From a virus, in IMG/VR virus record IMGVR_UViG_3300024255_000004: a DNA stretch of 64,000 bases; one strand, 5' to 3'. The stretch's first letter is position 1. Each line of letters starts with the position of its first letter. Below, one piece after another: positions 28,345 through 36,527 of the stretch. The position numbers and the translations under genes were made by a program. The notes under the pieces are model-generated. The model did no database searches. It was not told where the DNA came from and saw only the letters and a list, made by a program, of their open reading frames with translations.

Positions 28345-30017
28345 TGACAGCAAAGAATTTTAATATTAAAAATGGTTTATCCGTTGGTGGTGTAGAGGTA
28401 ATCGACTCCAGTGGTAATATTGCCGCAGGTGGAGTAGGTGCAGCGGTTCAAGAAGCAATCGCAGATAAAATCGGTGGAATAATTCAGGGGTCAGGTTCAA
28501 CGACTGTGACTTATGATGACACTGCTGATACAATTACAATCTCATCAACAGGAAAAACAACAGAAGAAATACAAGACATTGTTGGTGGAATGATGTCAGG
28601 TAATACCGAATCAGGTATTACAGTTGCATACGAAGACGGAGACGGAACTATAGACTTTACAGTAAGTCTTTCTTCATTCGATACAGATGCATTATCAGAA
28701 GGTTCAACAAATCAGTATTATACTGATGCAAGAGCAGACGCAAGAATCGCAGCTGCAGATACAGATTCATTATCAGAAGGAAGTTCAAACCTTTATTACA
28801 CAGATGCAAGAGCAGATGCGAGAATAACAAATGCATTAATTGACGAAGATAATATGTCATCTGATAGTGCTACTAAACTCCCATCACAACAATCAGTAAA
28901 AGCATATGTCGATGGACAAACAACAGACGAAACTGCTGAAGGTTCAAATAACCTCTATTTCACAGATGCAAGAGTGATGACTTCACTAGCAACTGTAGAT
29001 GCAAATATTGTTCCAACTACAGACATTACTTACGACTTAGGTTCTGCAAGTAAACAATGGAGAGATATCTATGTTGGGCCAGGTTCATTATATGTTAATG
29101 GACAACAAGTGGTTTCAGATAATTCAGGAACAATTACTATTTCTGCAGACGATGACCAAAACGTATCACTTCAAACAGGTGGTTCAGGTGATATCGAATT
29201 AGATGCAACTGGAACAGGTAATATACAAATTAAAGCACCTATGCAGATACAAGCATCAAATGCTATATCTTCATCAGATGGAAATGCAATTCAATTCTCA
29301 AACTCGATTGATGTAGATGCAATTGAATCAAGAAGCACAGACACTAACTTAGTGTTAACAGGAAATGGAACAGGTAATGTCACATTAAATGACGATGTTG
29401 CAATCACTGGAAACTTAACAGTTTCAGGAACAACTACTACAGTTAATTCAGAAACTATATCACTTGCAGATAATATTATTGCATTAAACAGTAATTTCAC
29501 TTCAGGTTCACCAACAGAAGACACTGGTATCAGTGTGACTCGTGGTGGTTCTGCTGCTAAGACACTTCTTTGGGACGAAACAAACGACAAATGGTCTGTT
29601 GGTTCAGAAACTTTTGTTGCAGCGACTTTTGAAGGAAACTTAACTGGTAATGTCACTGGAACAACTTCAGGAAATGCTGGTTCAGCAACAGTCTTAGAAA
29701 CTGCAAGAACAATTAGTTTGGGTGGAGACCTTTCAGGTTCTGCTTCATTCAATGGTTCTGCAGATATCTCAATCACAGCAACAATCGCAGATGATTCACA
29801 TAATCATATCATTGCAAATGTTGATGGATTACAGACTGCATTGGACACAAAATATGAAAGTGGTTCAAATGTATCATTAGGAACTATTGCCTCAGGTGCG
29901 ATAACAATCACCAATGCAACGAATGCTGGTGGAACTGCAAGAAACGTTTATCAATCAACTTCAGCTCCTTCAAGTGGAGATGGTGCAGTTGGTGATTTAT
30001 GGGTTCTATACTCCTAA
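28344..30017 (+). CDS. Tail fibre-like protein, probable anchor of the 30074/30786 pair
   Basis: FNIKNGLSVG; TD.LSEGS.N.YYTDARA repeats; YDLGS..KQWRDIY; ends SAPSSGDGAVGDLWVLYS. Confidence 0.7.
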   Translation: MTAKNFNIKNGLSVGGVEVIDSSGNIAAGGVGAAVQEAIADKIGGIIQGSGSTTVTYDDTADTITISSTGKTTEEIQDIVGGMMSGNTESGITVAYEDGDGTIDFTVSLSSFDTDALSEGSTNQYYTDARADARIAAADTDSLSEGSSNLYYTDARADARITNALIDEDNMSSDSATKLPSQQSVKAYVDGQTTDETAEGSNNLYFTDARVMTSLATVDANIVPTTDITYDLGSASKQWRDIYVGPGSLYVNGQQVVSDNSGTITISADDDQNVSLQTGGSGDIELDATGTGNIQIKAPMQIQASNAISSSDGNAIQFSNSIDVDAIESRSTDTNLVLTGNGTGNVTLNDDVAITGNLTVSGTTTTVNSETISLADNIIALNSNFTSGSPTEDTGISVTRGGSAAKTLLWDETNDKWSVGSETFVAATFEGNLTGNVTGTTSGNAGSATVLETARTISLGGDLSGSASFNGSADISITATIADDSHNHIIANVDGLQTALDTKYESGSNVSLGTIASGAITITNATNAGGTARNVYQSTSAPSSGDGAVGDLWVLYS

Positions 30018-30073
30018 TACAGGGGTTTAGAATTGCATAAATATAATATTAATATTCAGTGGAGATAGAATAA

Positions 30074-30775
30074 ATGGCAACAGGTTATAGACAATATCCC
30101 TATATATCAAATGCTCAGCAACCTTTTACGTTTCAGAGTCCATTTACGTATAGTGCAAGGTATCCAGCAAGTGCTCAACAACCATTTACGTATCAGAATC
30201 CATTTACGTATAATGCAAGATATCCAGCAAATGCTCAGCAACCTTTTACGTATCAGAGTCCGTTCACATATCGTGTGCCTTATATTGCTAATGCAAGACA
30301 ACCATACACATATAGAAACCCATTCACATATAGGGTTCCATATATTGCTAATGCTAGACAACCTATAATTTATTCACATAGGTCTCCATTTACGTATAGA
30401 AATCCTGTTTCTGCACAAGAACCTAATATTAGGAATGCACAAACACCATTCACATATAGAAACCCAGTTAATGGTCAAGAACCTAACATTAGGAATGCAC
30501 AAACACCATTCACATATAGAAATCCAGTTAATGGTCAAGAACCTAATATTAGGAATGCACAGACTCCATTTACGTATACTAATCAACAGCCTTCTACATA
30601 TCAGAATAGACAGCCTTCTACTTATCAACATAGAAGTCCGTCAATTTATATTAACCAACAGCCGTCAACGTATACTAATCAACAACCTTCTACATATGCA
30701 AGACAGGGACAAACACCCGAAGCTAGATGGGACGGAGTTGTATCACAGCAATGGCCTGCAACCCCAATTAGTTAA
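30074..30775 (+). CDS. Gln/Pro/Tyr-rich repeat protein A (mirror partner of 30786)
   Basis: GGAG RBS and CATAAATA at 30036; 29 Pro-delimited segments in aa 10-215. Confidence 0.75.
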   Translation: MATGYRQYPYISNAQQPFTFQSPFTYSARYPASAQQPFTYQNPFTYNARYPANAQQPFTYQSPFTYRVPYIANARQPYTYRNPFTYRVPYIANARQPIIYSHRSPFTYRNPVSAQEPNIRNAQTPFTYRNPVNGQEPNIRNAQTPFTYRNPVNGQEPNIRNAQTPFTYTNQQPSTYQNRQPSTYQHRSPSIYINQQPSTYTNQQPSTYARQGQTPEARWDGVVSQQWPATPIS

Positions 30776-30785
30776 GGAATAAGAT

Positions 30786-31655
30786 ATGGCAACAGGAAAT
30801 CAAAAAGTAAAAACACCTTCAGGTTGGAATTCAACTCAAGGTGCATGGGTCAAAACTGGTTCTTCTTCATGGAGTGCAGTTGACCAAATTTATGTTAAGA
30901 CACCTTCGGGGTGGAATAATGCGTCAGGACAAGAATTAACTCAAATTCCTTATCCTTATATTGCAAATGCACAAACACCTTATATTGCAAATGCACAAAC
31001 ACCTTATACTGCGAATGCACAGAATCCTTCTATTAGGAATGCACAGACACCTTATATTGCGAATGCACAGACAACTTATCAAGCGAATGCTAGACAACCT
31101 TCTACTTATCAACATAGAAGTCCGTTCACTTATCAGAACCCTAGTAATGCTAGACAACCTTCTACATACCAATATAGAAGTCCGTTCACTTATCAGAACC
31201 CTAGTAATGCAAGACAACCTTCTACATACCAATATAGGTCTCCATTTACATACAGAAGTCCTGTAAATGCTCAACAACCTAACCAAAGGAATAAACAGTC
31301 TCCATTTACATATGATGCTAGGTATCCTGCGAATGGTCAGAGTCCTAGTAATGGACAGACTCCATTTACATATAATGCAAGGTATCCTGCGAATATAAGA
31401 CAACCAGTTCCAGCAAGAAACCCATTTACATATAGGGTTCCATATATTGCTAGTGCTAGACAACCAGTCCCAGCAAGGAATCCGTTTTCATATCGTGTGC
31501 CTTATATTGCTAATGCTAGACAACCAGTTCCAGCAAGGAATCCGTTCACATATAACCATAGACAGCCTGGAGTTTACTTCTTCCAAACTGGTGGTGGTGG
31601 AGGTGGTGGCTTCCCAACACCCGATGGGCCAGGAGATGCGCCAGGAATCTACTAA
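30786..31655 (+). CDS. Gln/Pro/Tyr-rich repeat protein B (mirror partner of 30074)
   Basis: N-terminal VKT..GW motif x3; 29 segments in aa 56-261; Gly/Pro-rich tail. Confidence 0.75.
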   Translation: MATGNQKVKTPSGWNSTQGAWVKTGSSSWSAVDQIYVKTPSGWNNASGQELTQIPYPYIANAQTPYIANAQTPYTANAQNPSIRNAQTPYIANAQTTYQANARQPSTYQHRSPFTYQNPSNARQPSTYQYRSPFTYQNPSNARQPSTYQYRSPFTYRSPVNAQQPNQRNKQSPFTYDARYPANGQSPSNGQTPFTYNARYPANIRQPVPARNPFTYRVPYIASARQPVPARNPFSYRVPYIANARQPVPARNPFTYNHRQPGVYFFQTGGGGGGGFPTPDGPGDAPGIY

Positions 31656-31675
31656 TACTGGAAACGTATTACAAC

Positions 31676-31705
31676 AAAAAAGGGGGTCTGCAGACCCCTT
31701 TTTTT
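31676..31705 (+). terminator. Rho-independent terminator (possibly bidirectional)
   Basis: A-run, GGGGTCTGCAGACCCC inverted repeat, T-run. Confidence 0.8.
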
Positions 31706-31723
31706 ATGTCCTAAATATATACT

Positions 31724-33286
31724 ATGAAATACTTGAAATACTATTCAGACGTTATCAACGAAATTAAACCCGAAGATTGGAACTTAAAGGAAATGGATTT
31801 CCGAGACCTTATTGCAAAGGAAGATTACAATATTGGTGTTTTCCAAGATATCTATAATATAGATAAAGAATCAGACGCATACAAATCATTCAAATATATT
31901 TTTGAAAACATTATTCCACCCACAAAAATTATAAAATGGGGTGATATACTAGAACTTCGAAAGAATAAAACCTTTTTAGGTTTCCAAGGTGCTGGACTAG
32001 AATCCGTTCACTATCACAAGTTTTTACCTGACGTATATACAGCAATAGAAAGAGAGGGTAGACAAGTAGGTCAAATGGATTGTAAGACTGCAGATGGTGA
32101 ATATGCAGATATAAGAGATTATGTAGAACTTACAGAAGAACAGAAATCAGATATGTGGTCTGAAATCCAAATAAACTCTATGTATTATCATAGTGCAAAA
32201 GCACATTGGTTAATTCAGAGTATTCAAGAAGAAGGTTTAAGACACCCAATACAAGGGACTACATATAAAGTTGATAATAGATTTGGTTTTAGAATACACC
32301 CAGGCACTATTAGGTCTAAAGTTTTTGAGGAATTGGAAGACCCCAACTTTGAAATATTTGCAACAGATATACATGATATCTTTGATATAACACCTTTAAC
32401 TTGTGACGAAGCGTTAGAGTTTTGGAGAAAAAAACTAGAAGATAAAAAAGAACATGTAAGTCACCCTAGTCTATCAATAACTTTCTGTAATGGAAATTTA
32501 GAATACAACCATAACTTAATGGAGTTAGGTTTTAGAGAAGAGGTTTATGCACATAGTAAAAAGGCTACACTTCAATCAAAAGGTAAACCCCTTAATATTT
32601 ACATAGGATATGATTCTAATCACGGAGACCTACATGAGGTCAACAAAAATTCAATACTACATTCATTGTCTAAAAGTATGGGTCAATACCAAAAAGAACT
32701 TCATTGGGAACCCGAAATCAAATTCCTTGACATTTCTAAACTTCCCGACTATAATAGGGAGTATGCAAATCAGTCTACTGAATTTACTTACAGTAGATTC
32801 CTAATACCACATTTAGAAAACTATGAAGGATATAGTATCTTTATTGATAATGATTTCATATGGAGAAACAATATTCTACCTTTATTCTATTATCTGAATT
32901 TAGATGATGCAGTTGCATGTATTCAGTATAAACAAATAGAACATGATACAACTAAGTTTAATGGTGAGGTCAATATAGATTATCCTAAAAAACTATGGTC
33001 GAGTCTTATGATTTTTAATAATAGTCATGAAGACTGTAAAAAGTTAACACCCGAAGCTGTCAATACATGGACAGGAAAACAACTACACCAATTCGAATGG
33101 ACTGATAAGATTAGTCCGATACCCGAAAAGTATGTATTTACCGAAGGGTATGATAACCCTGATGAAAAATGGGATTACCATGGTATTCACTATACAAGGG
33201 GAGGCCCATGGGTAAAAGACATGGATTATTCCAACATAAATAATCTAGATGATTGGATAAAAGCAAAAAACATCTTGCAAAAATAA
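31724..33286 (+). CDS. Fusion of a ParB/Srx-like domain and a GT-A (GT8/CDI-like) glycosyltransferase
   Basis: LIQSIQEEGLRHPI...IHPG.IR in the N-half; IYIGYD, STEFTYSRFLIP, DND (DxD), YPKKLWSSLM, HYTRGGPW in the C-half. Confidence 0.7.
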   Translation: MKYLKYYSDVINEIKPEDWNLKEMDFRDLIAKEDYNIGVFQDIYNIDKESDAYKSFKYIFENIIPPTKIIKWGDILELRKNKTFLGFQGAGLESVHYHKFLPDVYTAIEREGRQVGQMDCKTADGEYADIRDYVELTEEQKSDMWSEIQINSMYYHSAKAHWLIQSIQEEGLRHPIQGTTYKVDNRFGFRIHPGTIRSKVFEELEDPNFEIFATDIHDIFDITPLTCDEALEFWRKKLEDKKEHVSHPSLSITFCNGNLEYNHNLMELGFREEVYAHSKKATLQSKGKPLNIYIGYDSNHGDLHEVNKNSILHSLSKSMGQYQKELHWEPEIKFLDISKLPDYNREYANQSTEFTYSRFLIPHLENYEGYSIFIDNDFIWRNNILPLFYYLNLDDAVACIQYKQIEHDTTKFNGEVNIDYPKKLWSSLMIFNNSHEDCKKLTPEAVNTWTGKQLHQFEWTDKISPIPEKYVFTEGYDNPDEKWDYHGIHYTRGGPWVKDMDYSNINNLDDWIKAKNILQK

Positions 33287-33303
33287 CAATTCTATTATAT
33301 AAT
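33274..33303 (+). promoter_or_regulatory. sigma70-like/middle-type promoter
   Basis: TTGCAA-17-TATAAT; shares CTTNC(A/T)AAA(A)TA(A/C)C with the uvsY and gp55 upstream regions. Confidence 0.5.
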
Positions 33304-33321
33304 GGAGAGAGGAACAAACAA

Positions 33322-33885
33322 ATGAATGCATTAATTTACACAGAAAGCGGAAAACTAATAATTAGAAAACCAAATGGTTTGGAATGGGAATATGAAAATG
33401 TAGACCAACCCGAACTAGGATTTGATTATGAGGTTCTTGTCTATGATGATATTGAAATTAAAATATTAAAATGGAATGACGAAATTAGAGATTTCGAAGG
33501 TCAAGAAAAATCCATACTAACTGATGAAGACAAACGTAGTATTGAATTATACATAGAAAATTCAGAACCACCTTTAGGATATAACTTAAATACACAATAT
33601 GTTAACAGACTAGAACAAACAATTGGTCAATATACTCAAGCGACTTCAGAGTTGTATGGTATGATTGATTTATATTATGCAACATACGCTGGAAGAGAAG
33701 GTTCAAATCACCCTAGACGTGCAGATGCAAGAAGAGTTTTAGAATATTGTGATACTGCATACTCATGTTTTAGTCAGATTGCTCAAGAGATAATGTCCAC
33801 AAGAGAAGATACTCTAAAACAATACGAAGAATACTTATCTGTAATTCCCGAACCACTAGTTCAGCCTGACTCTAGAACAGGTTAA
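33322..33885 (+). CDS. Hypothetical protein, possibly a tail-fibre assembly chaperone
   Basis: GAGG RBS before ATG 33322; C-terminal YA...SNHP...DARR.LEYCD..Y pattern recalls fibre chaperones. Confidence 0.4.
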   Translation: MNALIYTESGKLIIRKPNGLEWEYENVDQPELGFDYEVLVYDDIEIKILKWNDEIRDFEGQEKSILTDEDKRSIELYIENSEPPLGYNLNTQYVNRLEQTIGQYTQATSELYGMIDLYYATYAGREGSNHPRRADARRVLEYCDTAYSCFSQIAQEIMSTREDTLKQYEEYLSVIPEPLVQPDSRTG

Positions 33886-33888
33886 TGT

Positions 33889-34626
33889 ATGGAACTCATT
33901 TATCATGATGAGTCCTTTAAGTTAAAAGATATAGGATTCCCCCTTAAAGACATTCACATAATTGATAATTGGTTGCCAGTCCAACTACATCATTGGGTCG
34001 ATAAATCAATTGCTAATTCTAACATTTGGGCAAAAAGGAATGAAGTAAGAGGGACAAGTCCTACAGGTTTATCACATCATCAATTTTGGGGTGGAACACT
34101 ACTCTCTGCACTTGAAAGAAGTCCAAAATATACATATCCTAATTTCGCAGGTGATATTGCAGATTACCACAATTCTGCACCCAAACTAGTAGCAAGATTT
34201 TTAGATAAAAAACTACAAACTGATTTTGGTTTTGCATGGGAAAGATTTCAATATATGGGTTTAAACTCTCAGACACAAGGATTACATGGAACAACACACT
34301 CAGATTGTTCAGATGAAGATGAATGGAATCTATCATTTCTATATTACACTAATACGTTTTGGTCAAAACATTGGGGAGGCCCTTTGAGAATATATGACGA
34401 AATGCAACAGGGTTTACATGGAAGGAACGACCATATTAAGAATCACCAAATTGCAGAAATAGAATTTGTTCCAAATAGACTTGTTGTATTTGACGGAAGA
34501 ATACCACATGGTGCAGATGCACCCACACCCGAAGCACGATATATAGATAGGAAGTCAATAGTAATCAGAGGTGATGAAATTAGACTTGTAGAAGATAAGG
34601 AATGGTTTAAACAATGCCCACAATAG
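33889..34626 (+). CDS. 2OG-Fe(II) oxygenase (prolyl-hydroxylase-like)
   Basis: HSD...LYY...W...WGG.L...PNRLVVFDGRIPH...R. Confidence 0.8.
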   Translation: MELIYHDESFKLKDIGFPLKDIHIIDNWLPVQLHHWVDKSIANSNIWAKRNEVRGTSPTGLSHHQFWGGTLLSALERSPKYTYPNFAGDIADYHNSAPKLVARFLDKKLQTDFGFAWERFQYMGLNSQTQGLHGTTHSDCSDEDEWNLSFLYYTNTFWSKHWGGPLRIYDEMQQGLHGRNDHIKNHQIAEIEFVPNRLVVFDGRIPHGADAPTPEARYIDRKSIVIRGDEIRLVEDKEWFKQCPQ

Positions 34627-35516
34627 AATTCAACACATTTAATGAACAGACTTTAAGAGACACTAAACCTGTATTAGCAAAATCTGTCACACCTGATTGG
34701 TGGAAAAATATGAAGTTCAATGAATATACTCGTGGAATCATGGGAACTACTATACGTGCATGTCCAGCCATGGACGATTGGTTAAAAAGTGGTTGGTATT
34801 TGTGTGCAAATCGAGATATGATTGTAAAAAATGGTCACATAGATGATAATGATGACAGTCAATATGTTAGTTCATCAGAATTTGGAGATGGTTGGGAAAC
34901 TTCTTCTCCTCATCACCCCTCATGGCAGATGGGATATGCATTTCAATATCTTCCTGATGATGAAGCACCCGTAAGGAGTGCATTTAAGTTTAGAAATGCA
35001 TGGAACATAACTACACCGCCTGGATATTCCACTATGTATCTAGACCCATTTTTATTTCAAAATAAATACTTTGCAACATGGCAGGGAATTATTGACACGG
35101 ATAAATTTAATGCAAACTATGACAATGCACAAATTATATTTTATCCACGTGTCAGTCATTCGTTTGTTATAAAGAAAGGAACTCCTTTAGTTCAAGTAAT
35201 ACCATTTAAAAGAGAGGAGTGGAATGCAACTTACCTAGTAAACGGAAGTGGAGACTGGACAAAGAATAGAAGTTATCTAACTGCAAATGAAGGTCGTCAA
35301 AAAACTATGGACGAGTTTTCAAGAGACCCATCAACTTCTAATGAAGCAAGAAGTGAAGAATTTGCATTAGGTGGATATAGAGGTGGGAAACTACATACAG
35401 GTAAGGGTAAAAACTTTAAAGAAGAGAGTCCACCACCCGAGTGTCCTTATCATGTCAGTGAAGACTCACCCGAAATACAACTAGAATTACCTATAGGAGA
35501 TAAAGATGGCGATTAG
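34614..35516 (+). CDS. Hypothetical protein of the family usually linked to phage 2OG oxygenases (DUF6065-like)
   Basis: PDWWK..., TIRACPAM.D, FKF.N.W.I.TPPGYS, GIIDTD, IKKGTPLVQVIPFKRE.W. Confidence 0.6.
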   Translation: MPTIEFNTFNEQTLRDTKPVLAKSVTPDWWKNMKFNEYTRGIMGTTIRACPAMDDWLKSGWYLCANRDMIVKNGHIDDNDDSQYVSSSEFGDGWETSSPHHPSWQMGYAFQYLPDDEAPVRSAFKFRNAWNITTPPGYSTMYLDPFLFQNKYFATWQGIIDTDKFNANYDNAQIIFYPRVSHSFVIKKGTPLVQVIPFKREEWNATYLVNGSGDWTKNRSYLTANEGRQKTMDEFSRDPSTSNEARSEEFALGGYRGGKLHTGKGKNFKEESPPPECPYHVSEDSPEIQLELPIGDKDGD

Positions 35517-36213
35517 ATTACTATTTCCATATGCATGTATTGAAAGAAACCTTTTAGACGAAGGTGTATTAACACAAGATTATATGGATATGTTAGCAAA
35601 TACTATGGATAGTATGAGAAAGAAAGACCCGAAGGGTAGACAAGTCTCTAATCAGTATACTGGTTGGCAGTCTAATGATGGTGTAGAAAGAAATCCAACC
35701 TTCTCTAAAGCAATAAGAACAATTAAGAATACTTTTGATACTGAATTATTGAGTTATACAGGACATAGTCCAACAGAACTTCAATTATCAATAGGTAATG
35801 CATGGGCAAACATTAATGATAATACAGCATGGAATGCACCACACTTACATAATGGTTGTTGGTATAGTGGTGTGTTTTATATAAAAGCAGATGGTGATGA
35901 AGGTAATTTTATGGCTATTGATACAGACTGTAAAGTAGTTTCAGACTTTCCATATTCTCCTAGAGATGCACAGAACTGGAAACTTGCACCAAGAACTGGT
36001 CATTTATTTCTATTTCCAAGTGCATTAATGCATATGGTTGAACCCAATCTTACTCAAAAAGATAGATATAGTATATCATTCAATATGAATATGAATTTCC
36101 TTTCAAACAACTCAAGACATTCTCAGTTGCAAGGGTTCCACCCTGATGAACTTACTTTTCATACTGATGAAAATGGAAAACTAATACAAAACCAAACCAC
36201 TACAGACGAGTAG
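35506..36213 (+). CDS. Putative 2OG-Fe(II) oxygenase (TIGR02466-like)
   Basis: GWQS; WANIN....N.PH.H...SGVFY; LFLFPS.L.H.VEPN....RYSISFN. Confidence 0.8.
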   Translation: MAIRLLFPYACIERNLLDEGVLTQDYMDMLANTMDSMRKKDPKGRQVSNQYTGWQSNDGVERNPTFSKAIRTIKNTFDTELLSYTGHSPTELQLSIGNAWANINDNTAWNAPHLHNGCWYSGVFYIKADGDEGNFMAIDTDCKVVSDFPYSPRDAQNWKLAPRTGHLFLFPSALMHMVEPNLTQKDRYSISFNMNMNFLSNNSRHSQLQGFHPDELTFHTDENGKLIQNQTTTDE

Positions 36214-36231
36214 AATATTATAAATAATGAT

Positions 36232-36492
36232 ATGGAAATAGTCATATCACCTTATATCTTATGGAATGTCATAATGACAGTTGTTATTCTACCCATAGGT
36301 TTCTTAGTTCGAAATGTTCTATCAGAACAAAAACGAATTGATATTCTAATCAATAAAACAAGAGAAGAGATTGCTAGAGATTATGCTACTAGAGAACAAA
36401 TTGAAGCCGACTTTCAAAGAATTATGGATTCAATTAGTAATATAGATACAAAGATAGATAGACTTCAAAGTAAAACCTATTTCCAAGATTAA
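36232..36492 (+). CDS. Small protein with an N-terminal TM helix and coiled coil
   Basis: Late promoter TATAAATA at 36219-36226; hydrophobic aa 3-27; LINKTREEIARDY. Confidence 0.6.
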   Translation: MEIVISPYILWNVIMTVVILPIGFLVRNVLSEQKRIDILINKTREEIARDYATREQIEADFQRIMDSISNIDTKIDRLQSKTYFQD

Positions 36493-36527
36493 ATTCGTTA
36501 TAAATAGTAGTATAACAGGAAACTACT

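Noticed and set aside
30074-31655. Multi-core RiPP precursors next to tailoring enzymes
   Set aside because: No leader, protease or transporter pattern; the aperiodic mirror match between the chains and the fibre context are better explained by a structural heterodimer.
30074-31655. Mirror symmetry caused by a DNA inverted duplication or antisense coding
   Set aside because: Both genes are on the + strand, and their reverse-strand translations (Ile/Cys/Trp/Arg-rich) do not resemble the partner; the symmetry exists only at protein level.
18913-31655. Diversity-generating retroelement acting on fibre tips
   Set aside because: No reverse transcriptase and no adenine-specific TR/VR pair seen in this window.
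20240-31767. Alternative-frame and antisense ORFs over the Q/P-rich genes (e.g. 20308-20994, 30936-31463, 30435-30782)
   Set aside because: Shadow ORFs produced by repetitive codon usage; no RBS or motif support.
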